This document shows, piece by piece, positions 21,780 through 33,044 of a DNA stretch of 64,000 nucleotides; position 1 is the stretch's first letter; each line of letters begins with the position of its first letter. The position numbers and the translations under genes are program-made. Under the pieces are notes generated by a model, which worked only from the letters and a program-made list of their open reading frames with translations, was not told the DNA's origin and did no database searches. Source of the DNA: Negativicutes bacterium (GTDB taxonomy: Bacteria > Bacillota > Negativicutes > UBA1444); the NCBI GenBank assembly GCA_963665275.2, contig CAXXIN010000007.1, forward strand, positions 320,001 through 384,000. The letters are read 5' to 3'.

Positions 21780-23803
21780 TTGGAGAAACTACCTTATCCT
21801 GGTCAACGCTAAGTGGTGTACTGGCTCTGGCATTCGCGTATTACCTGAGCATTGGCATCAGCAAGGCCGATCCCGGCAATGCGCGTATGCAGGAGATCGC
21901 CGGCTACATCCACGAAGGCGCCATGGCCTTTCTGTATCGCGAGTATCGTTACCTCGCCGTTTTTATTGTAGTTGTTTTCGGTGTACTATCAATCTTTATT
22001 AGTTGGCAAACTGCAGTCTGCTTCCTCGGTGGCGCTTTTTGCTCCATCCTGGCCGGCTACTTCGGCATGCAGGTCGCTACCAAAGCGAACGTTCGGGCTG
22101 CCGCCGCAGCGCAGTTCGGGATCAGCCCTTCGCTCAGAATCGCCTTCTCCGGCGGTTCCGTCATGGGTATGTGCGTTGCCGGATTGGGCATGCTCGGGCT
22201 GGGCAGCTTTTACCTGTTATTCAACCAGAACATTGAACATGTGACCGGCTTTAGCCTGGGCGCCAGCTCTATCGCGTTGTTTGCCCGTGTCGGCGGCGGT
22301 ATCTATACCAAGGCTGCTGACGTCGGCGCCGACCTCGTCGGCAAAGTGGAAGCCGGCATTCCGGAGGACGATCCCCGCAACCCGGCGGTTATCGCTGATA
22401 ACGTGGGTGATAATGTCGGCGACGTAGCCGGCATGGGCGCTGACTTATTCGAGTCTTATGTTGGTTCTATCATTGGTGCGTTCACGCTTGGCGCCATCCT
22501 CTTCAAAAACGGCGAAGGCGTCCTGTTTGCTTTCTCATTATGCGGACTCGGCGTTATCGCCTGTATCCTCGGTATCCTGATTGGCCGTGACAGCAAATCC
22601 GCCAACCCTCAGACGGCATTGAACCTCGGCACCTATGTCGCTGGCGGCATTACGGTCGTTGCCTCCGCAGTACTGAGCAAAATGATCTTCGGCGACTTCA
22701 AAGCTTTTGCCGCTCTCAGCGCCGGCCTGCTCGCCGGTCTGGCAATCGGCAAGATCACCGAGATCTATACCTCAGCTGATTATCAATCAGTCAAAAATAT
22801 CGCTTTCCAATCCCAGACCGGGCCAGCTACCACGTTGATTTCCGGCATGGCTGTCGGCATGTATTCCACCATGTGGCCGATGATCTTCATGTGCGTTGGC
22901 ATGTTGGTTTCCTATTACGCCATGGGCGGAGCTCAGAACGCACTGCTCGGTCTGTATGGCATCTCGCTGGCTGCAGTCGGCATGCTGTCAACCACCGGCA
23001 TTACCGTTGCCGTTGATGCTTACGGCCCGATCTCCGATAACGCCGGCGGTATCGCCGAGATGGCGGGACTTCCCCACAGCGTGCGCGAAGTCACTGATAA
23101 ACTGGATGCGGTCGGCAATACCACTGCTGCCATCGCCAAAGGCTTTGCCATCAGTTCCGCCGCCCTCACCGCCTTGGCCCTGTTCGCCTCCTACGCTCAA
23201 GCAGTCAAACTCGATACCATCGATCTACTGGATCCGTTAACTCTGACCGGACTCTTCATCGGCGCGATGATCCCATTCCTCTTTGCCGCCCTGACAATGG
23301 AAGCAGTCGGCGATGCCGCCAATGAAATGATCGAAGAAGTTCGACGCCAATTCCGCGAGATTCCAGGCATCATGGAAGGCACCGGCAAACCGGACCATGC
23401 GAAGTGCGTCGATATTTCAACGGCTGCCGCGCTGAAAAAGATGGTTCTTCCCGGTTCTCTGGCGGTCATTCTTCCTCTGGTAATGGGCCTCCTTCTCGGC
23501 GCAGAAGCCCTGGCTGGATTCATTGCCGGCGCAGTCGTTACCGGTGTGTTGCTCGCGATATTCATGGCAAATGCAGGTGGCGCCTGGGATAACGCTAAGA
23601 AATTTATTGAAGGCGGCGAATACGGCGGCAAAGGCAGTCAGGCTCACAAAGCGGCTGTTGTTGGCGATACCGTGGGCGACCCCTTCAAAGACACTTCCTC
23701 TCCCGCCATGAACATCCTCATCAAATTGATGACAGTTGTGTCGTTGGTCTTCGCGCCGGTCATTTACCAATACGGCGGTTTCTTGGTCAAATTCATGAAA
23801 TAG
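21780..23803 (+). CDS. hppA: membrane pyrophosphatase, K+-dependent, probably Na+-translocating (two apparent indels at the 5' end)
   Basis: [26 protein letters not shown] (Ala marks K+ dependence), [13 protein letters not shown] 21780 gives [18 protein letters not shown] if two extra A's are removed. Confidence 0.93.
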
Positions 23804-23813
23804 AAGGTTTCGC

Positions 23814-23848
23814 AAAAACCCCGGCTTCAAATTGAAGCCGGGGTTTTT
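23814..23848. terminator. bidirectional terminator
   Basis: AAAAACCCCGGCTTCAA-A-TTGAAGCCGGGGTTTTT between convergent genes. Confidence 0.85.
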
Positions 23849-23877
23849 ATTTGACCAAACTGCTGTATTGAAATGAT

Positions 23878-25522
23878 CTAAACTAGTTCTTCCGCCCTTG
23901 CCGCTTCAACCAAAGGCGGCACAACCTGCTTTTTGCGCGACATCGTCCCTGGCAGCACGAACGTCGTATCCGTACTTTCCTCGCCGAAAGCCCTGCGCAA
24001 TAAACTGACCGGCCTCCCCGCATGCAGTAAGTGGGTCGTTTCCTGCATAATATCCGTGACCATCAGCAACGCCAGATCATACCCTTCCTTCTGGCGCACC
24101 AGTCGACAGCGCGCCGCCCAGCTCTTCCCAACGATTGGCCAGCATGTCCGCCGCATCCATCACAGAGATCTGGCTGATTGATACCCGATAATCCGAGATC
24201 TGAAACTCCTTCAGATCGTAGCGAATGATCTCTTCGGGTTCGATCCCATTGAACCTGGATCCTGCCCGTACTACCGCCATCCCGAATTCCTGCACCTCAA
24301 CCCCTGCAGCCAAAGCCAGCCGTTCGGCCATCTCCCGGTCCTGGGGTGTGGATGTTGGCGATTTGAACAGCAATGTGTCGGATAATATCCCCGCAAGCAA
24401 GACGCCGGCAATCGCCTGCGGCATTTCCACGTTGCGATGCCAGTGCATGCTGGCCACAATTGTGGAGGTGGAGCCGACCGGGTCATGACGGATAAAAATC
24501 GGTTCACCCGTTTCTAGCCCACCCAGGCGGTGATGATCAATGATTTCAATAATATGAGCTTCCTCGATACCAGCCACAGCCTGTGTTTTTTCATTATGGT
24601 CCACCAAAATTACTTTCTCACGTTCCGGCACAATCAAGCGATCCCTGTTAATCATCCCGATGATCCTACCACTCTCCGTCACCGGATAATTACGGAATCG
24701 GGTCCGCACCGTCGTCTCGCGAATATCACTGACCAAATCAGATGGCCGGAAGGAAACGACCTGATCCTGCATGACCACCCGCACCGGTATGCTCTGGTTG
24801 ATCAGACGGGCTGCCGTATAGGTGTCGTACCGGGTCCGAAATACCAGCGTTCCCCGGCTGGCAGCCGCTTCCCGCAGTGCATTTCCAGCTCGGGCGTTCC
24901 CTGTCAGCACTAGTGCATCAATCCCGCATTCCAAAAGAGTCAGTTGTGCTTCGTCCCGGTCACCGGCGAGTGCGATGTCGCCCTGACCGATCAGTTTACG
25001 AAAGGTTTCCGCTTTGGCGGCGGCAATCCAGATCTTACCCCGAACCGTGCGATCCATATTGCCGGCAACTTCGATTCTCCCGTCCAGCACAGCCAGCAGT
25101 CCCCGAAAGGTTACGCCAGCCGAAGCCAAATCTGGCATTTCCAGTTCTTCGAAATATCGTCGGGCTAGATCGCCAAGCGATACGATCCCCAGCAAAATCC
25201 CTTTTTCATCAATCACCGCAGCCGATTTGCCATTGCTCTCCCGCATCAGTTGTCCCAGCTCACGGATCGTTTGATCCGGATTGATTGTCACTGCAATCGG
25301 CGACATGATGTCGCGCGCCCGAGGATACAAATCCGTAATCAGAACGGGAGCCTCCACCCCAAATCTTTCGAGCACATACCGAGTTTCCGCGTTAACTTTG
25401 CCAGCCCGAGCTGCCACCGCCGGCTCTCCCAGAGCCTGTTTGAGATGAGCATAGCCGATCGCTGCGCAGATAGAATCGGTGTCCGGGTTGCGGTGCCCTA
25501 TAACATATAATGGTCTCGCCAT
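23878..25522 (-). CDS. ppaC: family II Mn-dependent pyrophosphatase with CBS-DRTGG insert (apparent frameshift near 24100-24150)
   Basis: GHRNPDTDS, LVDHNE, IIDHHR. The C-terminal MSRKKQVVP lies in the adjacent frame (23878-24156). Confidence 0.9.
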
Positions 25523-25637
25523 TTAGTACCTCCATCATGCAGTCTTTAATGTAATGTATTATACTATACTTTATGCAGGGTTTGTGCGTCTCTTCGTGGA
25601 ATGCTTACAAAGGAACATTTGAAGGAGATCTATCGGC

Positions 25638-26408
25638 ATGAAGTCCATGCGAATTATGACAGGCGCTGAACCCTTTCTGCTGAAAAGCGGTCCGCGTGGC
25701 GTTCTATTGATCCACGGATTCACAGGAACCCCATCGGAAATGCGCCTTCTAGGGGAATATCTTTACCAAAAAGGCTTCACCGTTTTAGCCGTCCGATTAC
25801 CGGGTCACGGCACCGAGGTCCGGGACATGGAATCGACAACCTGGCGGCATTGGTATGGCGCGGCTATTGACGGCTTCAATTTATTGACGGGAATTTGCGA
25901 TGAAGTGAACGTTGTCGGCTTGTCGATGGGAGGCCTTTTGGCATTGAAACTTGCGGCGGAATATCCCGTTAAGCGGGTCGTCTCCTTGAGTACGCCAATT
26001 TATCTAGCAGAAACACGCATCCCTTTTCTCCCTCTCTATCGATTGTTTCGTCGTTTCATTCCCAAAAAGCGCCGCGATTATGATATTAATCCGCGTTATT
26101 TTGTCGGCTACGACAGTACCCCGTTAGCCAGTTTGTCCAGTCTGCTTGAACTCATTCAATCCGTACAGAAGGACCTCCCCCAGGTTCACTGCCCATCCCT
26201 GGTGGTACAGTCCCGACGTGAGCACACCGTTCGTCCTGAAAGCGCGACATTCATCTTGGAACGCTTGGGTTCAAGTCAAAAAGAACTCTTCTGGCTCAAA
26301 AATTCCGGCCATATCGTCACCGTGGATATCGAGCGGGAAACTGTTTTCGCCAAAGTGGCCAATTTTCTGGATTCAACGATTTCAAGGAGTGAATGCCCCA
26401 ATGATTAA
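25638..26408 (+). CDS. carboxylesterase (YvaK-like alpha/beta hydrolase)
   Basis: HGFTG, GLSMGG, SGH; conserved position between secG and rnr. Confidence 0.92.
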   Translation: MKSMRIMTGAEPFLLKSGPRGVLLIHGFTGTPSEMRLLGEYLYQKGFTVLAVRLPGHGTEVRDMESTTWRHWYGAAIDGFNLLTGICDEVNVVGLSMGGLLALKLAAEYPVKRVVSLSTPIYLAETRIPFLPLYRLFRRFIPKKRRDYDINPRYFVGYDSTPLASLSSLLELIQSVQKDLPQVHCPSLVVQSRREHTVRPESATFILERLGSSQKELFWLKNSGHIVTVDIERETVFAKVANFLDSTISRSECPND

Positions 26409-27483
26409 CCGCAAGAACCTTTCGCAGGTTTTATCCGCCTGCTTTTGCCTGGCGCTCTTTTTCAGCGCATCCGTTACAGTTTCCTCCGCCCAGGCCGCGA
26501 CGAAACCTGCTGCCAAACCTGCTCCGACTGCAGCAACAACACCTGCTGTTCCCTTCACGATGGAAAAGCCTCCTGACTGGATTTTGTCGCAGGCAGGAGA
26601 ATGTGACACCCTCACTCTTTTTCTCCGCAGTCCGACAGAGCCAATGCTGCAGCTATTTTTCTTTCCCAGGTTCGGCCCAGTTTACATGACGCAGGAACAA
26701 AAAACCAATGATCTGCAGTTCGAAGTGATGAGCGGGCAAAAGATGAGCCGCCTGGATATGCCGGTCGTGGAACCGCTGACCCCGGAGAACTTCGCGCGTT
26801 TCCTGCCCCAAGTGCTGCAGATGAAAACGGTCCGCGAATTTCTGCCGGAACGACCGAAGGTCCGCGTTGTAGAACCCATCACTACCACAGTGCAAAAAAA
26901 GACTCTCGACTATCAGGATTCCCAGACTGCCATCATCCGGGTCCTGTTTGTGCAGGACAATCGATTGGGTGAAGCGCTGATTTCCCTGACTACCGTTCCC
27001 TCCCCAGAATTCCGCAACGCTCCTGGCGGGGGTATCGGCATGGGCTATATGCTCTACGGTCTGGCCGCGCCCAAAGGCGAGCTCTCGGCCCAACTGCCAA
27101 CGCTGCTTGCTGCCGGCCGTTCGTTCAAACTGGGGCCCGAATATGAAAAAAAATGTCGCAAAGATCGCGCTGAAGATTTGCCTACCTTATTACCTGACGG
27201 GCAGTCTTTAAAGGCGGTTCTGGATGCCATGGCCCTGGTATGGGAAAAGAGGTCACCCGCCGAGGACATGCAGACAGAAAAAAAAGCCGACAGCCTGCGC
27301 GGCGTCGAGCGCCTCTACCGACCCACGACAGGGGATGTTTACGAGTTTCCGCTCGGCTTCATCTCCTCTTATCTGGCGCAACCCGCGTCATATAATCTAA
27401 GTGACTTGCGCCCCTTGCCGGACGAGCCTGCACTATGGCTGAAAACCCCGCTGAGCGGCTCACAGTCCGTGACCAAAAAATAA
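26401..27483 (+). CDS. hypothetical exported protein
   Basis: Signal peptide (MINRKN...AQA) behind AAGGAG, Ala/Pro linker. Confidence 0.75.
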   Translation: MINRKNLSQVLSACFCLALFFSASVTVSSAQAATKPAAKPAPTAATTPAVPFTMEKPPDWILSQAGECDTLTLFLRSPTEPMLQLFFFPRFGPVYMTQEQKTNDLQFEVMSGQKMSRLDMPVVEPLTPENFARFLPQVLQMKTVREFLPERPKVRVVEPITTTVQKKTLDYQDSQTAIIRVLFVQDNRLGEALISLTTVPSPEFRNAPGGGIGMGYMLYGLAAPKGELSAQLPTLLAAGRSFKLGPEYEKKCRKDRAEDLPTLLPDGQSLKAVLDAMALVWEKRSPAEDMQTEKKADSLRGVERLYRPTTGDVYEFPLGFISSYLAQPASYNLSDLRPLPDEPALWLKTPLSGSQSVTKK

Positions 27484-27496
27484 AGGAGACTTTCCC

Positions 27497-27904
27497 ATGC
27501 AAAAAGAACTCGAAGCGCAAAACGAATGGTGTTTTGCCTGTGGCCGCCTGAATCCCTGCGGTCTCAAGCTCACTTTCGAAGAAATCGATGATACCTATAT
27601 CACCCATTTTACCGGTGCCCCAGAGCATCAAGGATATGATGGAATCATGCACGGTGGCATCGTCAGCACACTATTGGACGAGATCATGGCCCGTTACATC
27701 TATGCCAAAGGGGTCACTGCCGTCACCGCCCGCCTGGAGGTGCGTTACCTGAAACCTACCCCCATCGGAGTTCCCCTGCTGATCAAAGGACGCATCGCCC
27801 GCCACAAGGGCCGCATATACGAAACGACAGGCACGATCGAATTGCCGGACGGAACGGTGACCGCTGAAGGCGTGGCCAAAGTTTTCGTCACCGATCCATC
27901 ATGA
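27497..27904 (+). CDS. PaaI-family thioesterase
   Basis: CFACG..NP.GL, HGGIVSTLLDE. Confidence 0.9.
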   Translation: MQKELEAQNEWCFACGRLNPCGLKLTFEEIDDTYITHFTGAPEHQGYDGIMHGGIVSTLLDEIMARYIYAKGVTAVTARLEVRYLKPTPIGVPLLIKGRIARHKGRIYETTGTIELPDGTVTAEGVAKVFVTDPS

Positions 27905-29985
27905 AAATGATTGAAGGACGCCTACAACTGTCGGGGCGGGGATTCGGATTCGTGATTCCGTCGATTCCGGAGGAACCCGATGTTTTCATCCCGCGCGAAG
28001 GCTTGCAGGATGCCATGCACGGGGATCAGGTGTCCGTGCAGGTACTTGATCGAGTCTCGACTGCCGGACGAAAGGCCGAGGGGCAGATCGTCAAAGTTCT
28101 GCGGCGAGCCAACACCCATATCGTCGGCTCCTTCACCGCCAGTCGCGGCGTTTTCAATGTTCAACCCTCCGATGTGAAGATTTCCACCACGATAGTAGTT
28201 CCCCCCAAAGCGATCAACGGAGCACGCGCCGGTGACCAGGTCATCGTTGAAATAACCCGCTGGCCGCAAAAAGGCGGACCTGCGGAAGGAAAAGTCACGG
28301 AGATTCTCGGCCGGATCGGTGAGCCGGGCGTTGACGTATTGACAGTCATTGCCGCCCACCAGCTCCCCCGCGACTTTCCTCCAGCTGTCGCCCAGGCTGC
28401 AGAGCGCGTCCCTGCCGCCATTTTACCGGCCGAACTCGAAGGACGCCGCGATTTGCGCGATCTGGCAACAGTCACCATCGACTCAGAAGACGCCAAAGAC
28501 CTCGATGATGCCGTTCACGTCGAGCGAATCGGGCCTGGCCAGTACCGGCTCGGCGTCCATATCGCCGATGTCAGTCACTATGTGCGGGAAAACAGCCCGT
28601 TGGACATCGAAGCCCGCTTGCGCGGCACCAGCGTCTATCTCGTGGACCGGGTCATCCCCATGCTGCCGCATCGCCTTTCCAACGGCATCTGCAGTCTGAA
28701 TCACGGCGAGGATCGTCTGACCCTCTCAGCCTCCATGGATATCGACGGCAACGGCCGTGTAACCCGCTATGAGATTTTCCCCAGCGTCATCCGCGTCAAT
28801 ACCCGCCTCAGCTACAAAATCGTGCGCGGCATTCTCGCAGACAAAGACGCCACGCTACGCCAGCAATACGCGCCCCTGGTTCCCATGCTCGAAATGATGG
28901 AACAGCTCGCCGATGTTCTGCGCAAAAAGCGTAGCCGCCGCGGCGCTATCGATTTTGATCTGCCGGAAATCAAAGTCTTGCTCGATGACCAGGGTCATAC
29001 GATTGGCCTCGATAAACGGATACGAACAGTGTCCGAATCGATCATCGAAGAATTCATGCTCGCCGCCAATGAAACGGTTGCCGAGCATATGGACCGACGG
29101 GATATCCCCTTCGTGTACCGGGTCCATGCCGATCCCGACCCGGAGAAAATGGCCAAGCTCGCAGACCTGTTGCGCAGTTTCGGCCAACACATCGGCGCAT
29201 GGACGGAAGTAAAACCGATGGACCTGCAAAAAGCACTCACCTGGATGGAAGGACGCCCCGAGGAAAAAATGGTATCCACCCTCATGCTCCGTTCTTTGAA
29301 ACAGGCGCGATACGAAGCGGAAAATGCCGGTCACTTCGGACTGGCCGCCAAATACTACACCCATTTTACCTCTCCCATCCGTCGCTACCCTGACCTCATC
29401 GTTCACCGCCTGCTGCATGAAACGATGCAAGGTCCCCTCTCCCCGGAACGTCGCGAGCAGCTCCTGCAATTGCTGCCGAAGATAGCCGCCGACTCCTCCG
29501 ACCGCGAACGGGCCGCGACCGAGGCGGAACGCGAATCGGTCGATATGAAGACAGCCGAATACATGGTACAATTCATCGGGGAAGAATTCCCCTCCACCAT
29601 CGCCGGCGTCACCTCGTTCGGATTCTTCATTGAGCTGGAAAACGGTGTGGAAGGTCTCGTTCATATCTCCTCCCTGGATGATGACTACTATCAATACATG
29701 GAAGATCAGCATTGCCTGATCGGAGATCGCCTGAAGAAAAGATACCGACTGGGGGATGCGGTCACCGTTCGCCTGATTCGCGCCAATCCGGCAGACCGGA
29801 CCATTGATTTCACATTGGCATCATCGCCAGTCTCGCGCAGACCGACCCCTCCTCGACCGCCAGCCGCAGGGCCCGCTGGTCGTAAACCATCCAAATCGAA
29901 AAGTTCAAGTCAAAGAAAAAAATCAGAGGTGAGCCCCAGTGTCGGAAAAACCAAAAAGCATAAAGATCGTCGCCGAAAACCGTAG
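27901..29985 (+). CDS. rnr: ribonuclease R
   Basis: TIDSEDAKDLDDA, HFTSPIRRYPDL, S1 domain, basic tail. Confidence 0.97.
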   Translation: MKMIEGRLQLSGRGFGFVIPSIPEEPDVFIPREGLQDAMHGDQVSVQVLDRVSTAGRKAEGQIVKVLRRANTHIVGSFTASRGVFNVQPSDVKISTTIVVPPKAINGARAGDQVIVEITRWPQKGGPAEGKVTEILGRIGEPGVDVLTVIAAHQLPRDFPPAVAQAAERVPAAILPAELEGRRDLRDLATVTIDSEDAKDLDDAVHVERIGPGQYRLGVHIADVSHYVRENSPLDIEARLRGTSVYLVDRVIPMLPHRLSNGICSLNHGEDRLTLSASMDIDGNGRVTRYEIFPSVIRVNTRLSYKIVRGILADKDATLRQQYAPLVPMLEMMEQLADVLRKKRSRRGAIDFDLPEIKVLLDDQGHTIGLDKRIRTVSESIIEEFMLAANETVAEHMDRRDIPFVYRVHADPDPEKMAKLADLLRSFGQHIGAWTEVKPMDLQKALTWMEGRPEEKMVSTLMLRSLKQARYEAENAGHFGLAAKYYTHFTSPIRRYPDLIVHRLLHETMQGPLSPERREQLLQLLPKIAADSSDRERAATEAERESVDMKTAEYMVQFIGEEFPSTIAGVTSFGFFIELENGVEGLVHISSLDDDYYQYMEDQHCLIGDRLKKRYRLGDAVTVRLIRANPADRTIDFTLASSPVSRRPTPPRPPAAGPAGRKPSKSKSSSQRKKSEVSPSVGKTKKHKDRRRKP

Positions 29986-30412
29986 GGCCCGGCACGATTA
30001 CCATATTCACGAAACTTTCGAAGCCGGTATCGTACTGACCGGCACCGAGATCAAATCTCTCAGGGGCGGACGAGCCAACCTGACGGATTCGTATGCGAAA
30101 ATCGAAAACAAGGAACTCTTCCTGATCAGCGCCCATATCAGCCCTTATGAGCAAGGCAACCGGTTCAACCATGAACCGCGGCGCAATCGCAAACTTCTGA
30201 TGCACAAGGCAGAGATCGTGCGTCTACTCAGTAAGACCCGCGAAAAAGGGTTTACCCTGGTGCCGCTCAAAATCTATCTGTCGCATGGCATGGCCAAAGT
30301 CGAACTGGCTCTGGCCAGCGGCAAGGATCTCTACGACAAACGGCAATCAGCCGCCGAACATGACGCCAAACGTGAAGTCGACCGGGTGATGCGGGATCGG
30401 GAACGCCAATAG
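29939..30412 (+). CDS. smpB: SsrA-binding protein
   Basis: ENRRARHDY, EAGIVLTGTEIKS, RKLLMHK, YDKR. Confidence 0.97.
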   Translation: MSEKPKSIKIVAENRRARHDYHIHETFEAGIVLTGTEIKSLRGGRANLTDSYAKIENKELFLISAHISPYEQGNRFNHEPRRNRKLLMHKAEIVRLLSKTREKGFTLVPLKIYLSHGMAKVELALASGKDLYDKRQSAAEHDAKREVDRVMRDRERQ

Positions 30413-30508
30413 GTGTAACCCACTCCCCTTCTCCCTCTCATTAAATTATGTTATAATAAGAATGCAAACGTGCAGCGATTCGTTTTTGCCAACCAACGAC
30501 CCTCATAC

Positions 30509-30859
30509 GGGGGCGTACTGGTTTCGACAGGGGCAGTTGTGGCATGGTAAGCGAGCCGGGATCCCACCAGCCCGCAATACGGTGGAAAAAGCATAACTGC
30601 AAACAACGAATACGCTTTAGCAGCTTAGTCTGCTAACGTTCAGCCCCCGCCCTTCTCGCGGCAGGGGATCTGAGCGCCGCAATGCGAGATACCTTAAGGC
30701 CTGACTCCCGGAGGGCCGACAGGGAAATTTTACTGGGATAGTGGAACCGGAGCTTGTCAGGGGGCGCTGGAACTGCAAAATTCAAATCACTGACTGCGCT
30801 CGGAGAAAGCCATGTGGCGACGCTTTTGGACAGGGGTTCGATTCCCCTCGCCTCCACCA
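30509..30859 (+). ncRNA. ssrA: tmRNA; tag peptide ANNEYALAA (30599-30628)
   Basis: 5' GGGGGCGTACTGGTTTCGAC, 3' GGTTCGATTCCCCTCGCCTCCACCA, tag ORF ending ALAA; follows smpB. Confidence 0.97.
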
Positions 30860-30878
30860 ATCAAATCCATCTATAATG

Positions 30879-30905
30879 AAAGCCCGCGAAATTCGCGGGC
30901 TTTTT
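30879..30905 (+). terminator. tmRNA terminator
   Basis: AAAGCCCGCGAA-A-TTCGCGGGCTTTTT. Confidence 0.85.
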
Positions 30906-31144
30906 GCTATATGCATGGGAATGGCTGGATATCGTTATCCTAAAGTTGCGCACATTTGAAAAAAGGGTTGGTGAAGGTAGGCGCGACCATGCAAAAAGAC
31001 ATACTTACTAAGGAAATAGTCCAATCGATACTTCCTTAAATAGTGTTAATTTGAAGGAAATACCTTTTTAATGTTTAATACTACACATCAAATCATAATC
31101 TTTACAAATGAAATTTTTCAACTTATGAGGGGTGATAATGGGAT

Positions 31145-33040
31145 ATGTGGAACGATGTTGAAACAACCCAAGATTTTCTTAACTTTTCCGTAATTGCAAA
31201 AACCGTTGCGGAACTGATTGCTGAGTCAGGCGGGCAACCTGTCTCCATTGGTGTTTCTGGCAGTTGGGGAGCAGGAAAATCGTCTATGGTAAAAATGATA
31301 GGCAATGCTCTTAAACTCCAAGATGATGGAAAGGATGACAAAGAAAAATGCTATGTTTTTTTGGAGTTTAACGCTTGGCTTTATCAAGGATACGATGATG
31401 CCAGAGCAGCCTTATTACAGGCTGTTTCAGATAAACTACTTGAAGAAAGTAAAAAACGTGATCCGGCAAAGGGAATAACGAAAAAGGTGGAAGGTTTCAT
31501 TCAGCGCGTCAATTGGTTTCAAGTTGCCAGAATGGCTGTTCCACTGTCCTTAGGGCTGATTCCAGGCGGCGCTGCTGTCGGAGGAATGGCATCCCTAATA
31601 GGTGCTGTTTCCAGCCTTTTTCAAAATGATGATATAGAAGCGCAAACTGCAAAAAGCGAAGCGGTCGGTATAGCATTTAATGCTCTAACCCCGGAAACGA
31701 AAGAACTACTCAAAGAAAATGCGTCAAAATCTACCCCTCAGCAGATAGAGAAGCTCAGAGCTGATTTTGCTGAACTTCTTAAAGAGTTGAACATTACACT
31801 GGTCGTCTTAGTGGATGACTTAGACCGTTGCTTGCCGTCAACGGCAGTTTCTACTCTTGAAGCAATGCGACTTCTGCTCTTTGTGGAGAGAACAGCATTC
31901 ATTATTGCCGCCGATGAGCAAATGATTCGTAACAGTGTAAAGGCACACTTTGCAGATGTGGAACTGTCCGAAGGGCTTGTAACAAGTTATTTTGATAAGT
32001 TAATTCAAATTCCCCTGTCCGTTCCACATTTAGGTGTCAACGAAGTCAAGATATACTTGGTGATGTTGTTTGCAGAACAGGCAGAAAGAAAGGGAGAGAT
32101 AAATAAGGATGCTTGGGAGAAAACAAAGGCTGATTTGCTATCCCTATTATCCAATGCTTGGCAGGGCGGGATACCTAAAACAAAGATTGAAAAGGCTTTC
32201 GATGGCACTTCCATTGAAAAAATGCGGAAATACATTGATTTAGCTGAACAGCTTGCAGGAATCATGGTCACTGCTAAGAATATCAACGGAAATCCTCGCC
32301 TTATCAAACGGTTCTTGAACAACTTGATTATAAGGGGAAAAGTTGCACGCCTCAACGGTATGACAATAGATTTTGGCTGTCTTGTTAAAATGCAATTGTT
32401 CGAGCGCTGCGCTTCTCCTGCGGCATTTGAGTTCCTTGTTAAAAAATCGATTGAATCGCAAGATGGAAAATTGATTTTTCTTCAAGAAATAGAAGCAAAA
32501 GTAGCCAGCGGGGATGATTATGCCACAGAGGATTCAAACTGGAAGTCACCGTTCATTACAGAATGGTTAAAACTTGAACCGAAGCTCGGCGACACCGACA
32601 TTAGACCGTTGCTGTATTTGAGCCGTGACAGATCTTTATCTTTGGCAGCCTATGATGAACTTTCAATGGAAGCGAGTGAAGTTTTAACTGCATTAACCGC
32701 TGTTGATAAAGACATACTTAAAGATATTGTGACTAAAGTCAAGGAGATTGGCGAAACAGAAGCCGAAAAATTGTTAGTGAGGCTTGGACGGATAGGTAGC
32801 GGAAGTCAATGGGAAAAGAAAAATCTTATTGCTACATTGCATATCACCGAGGCTTATCCAAACTTAGGTAGCAGGCTTGTCAACCTATTAGATGCAATCC
32901 CCGCGAAAATGCGGAAACCGGCTTTTATTCCGCTACTACTTGATAAATCGTGGGCAGCAGAAATGTTGACCAGATGGATCAATGATGATAACACACCTCC
33001 AGCGGTGAAAAAAGCCATTGCTGCGAAGGGAGGAAAATAA
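31145..33040 (+). CDS. qatA: QatA, KAP-family P-loop NTPase
   Basis: MWNDVET.QDFLNF, GSWGAGKSS, FNAWLYQGYDDA, VDDLDRC, GNPRLIKRFLN. Confidence 0.92.
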   Translation: MWNDVETTQDFLNFSVIAKTVAELIAESGGQPVSIGVSGSWGAGKSSMVKMIGNALKLQDDGKDDKEKCYVFLEFNAWLYQGYDDARAALLQAVSDKLLEESKKRDPAKGITKKVEGFIQRVNWFQVARMAVPLSLGLIPGGAAVGGMASLIGAVSSLFQNDDIEAQTAKSEAVGIAFNALTPETKELLKENASKSTPQQIEKLRADFAELLKELNITLVVLVDDLDRCLPSTAVSTLEAMRLLLFVERTAFIIAADEQMIRNSVKAHFADVELSEGLVTSYFDKLIQIPLSVPHLGVNEVKIYLVMLFAEQAERKGEINKDAWEKTKADLLSLLSNAWQGGIPKTKIEKAFDGTSIEKMRKYIDLAEQLAGIMVTAKNINGNPRLIKRFLNNLIIRGKVARLNGMTIDFGCLVKMQLFERCASPAAFEFLVKKSIESQDGKLIFLQEIEAKVASGDDYATEDSNWKSPFITEWLKLEPKLGDTDIRPLLYLSRDRSLSLAAYDELSMEASEVLTALTAVDKDILKDIVTKVKEIGETEAEKLLVRLGRIGSGSQWEKKNLIATLHITEAYPNLGSRLVNLLDAIPAKMRKPAFIPLLLDKSWAAEMLTRWINDDNTPPAVKKAIAAKGGK

Positions 33041-33044
33041 ACCT

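Noticed and set aside
30633-30959. ORFs overlapping tmRNA
   Set aside because: Shadow ORFs of the structured RNA.
30989-31039. Short ORF MQKDILTKEIVQSILP as an integrase remnant
   Set aside because: Too short and has no recognisable motif.
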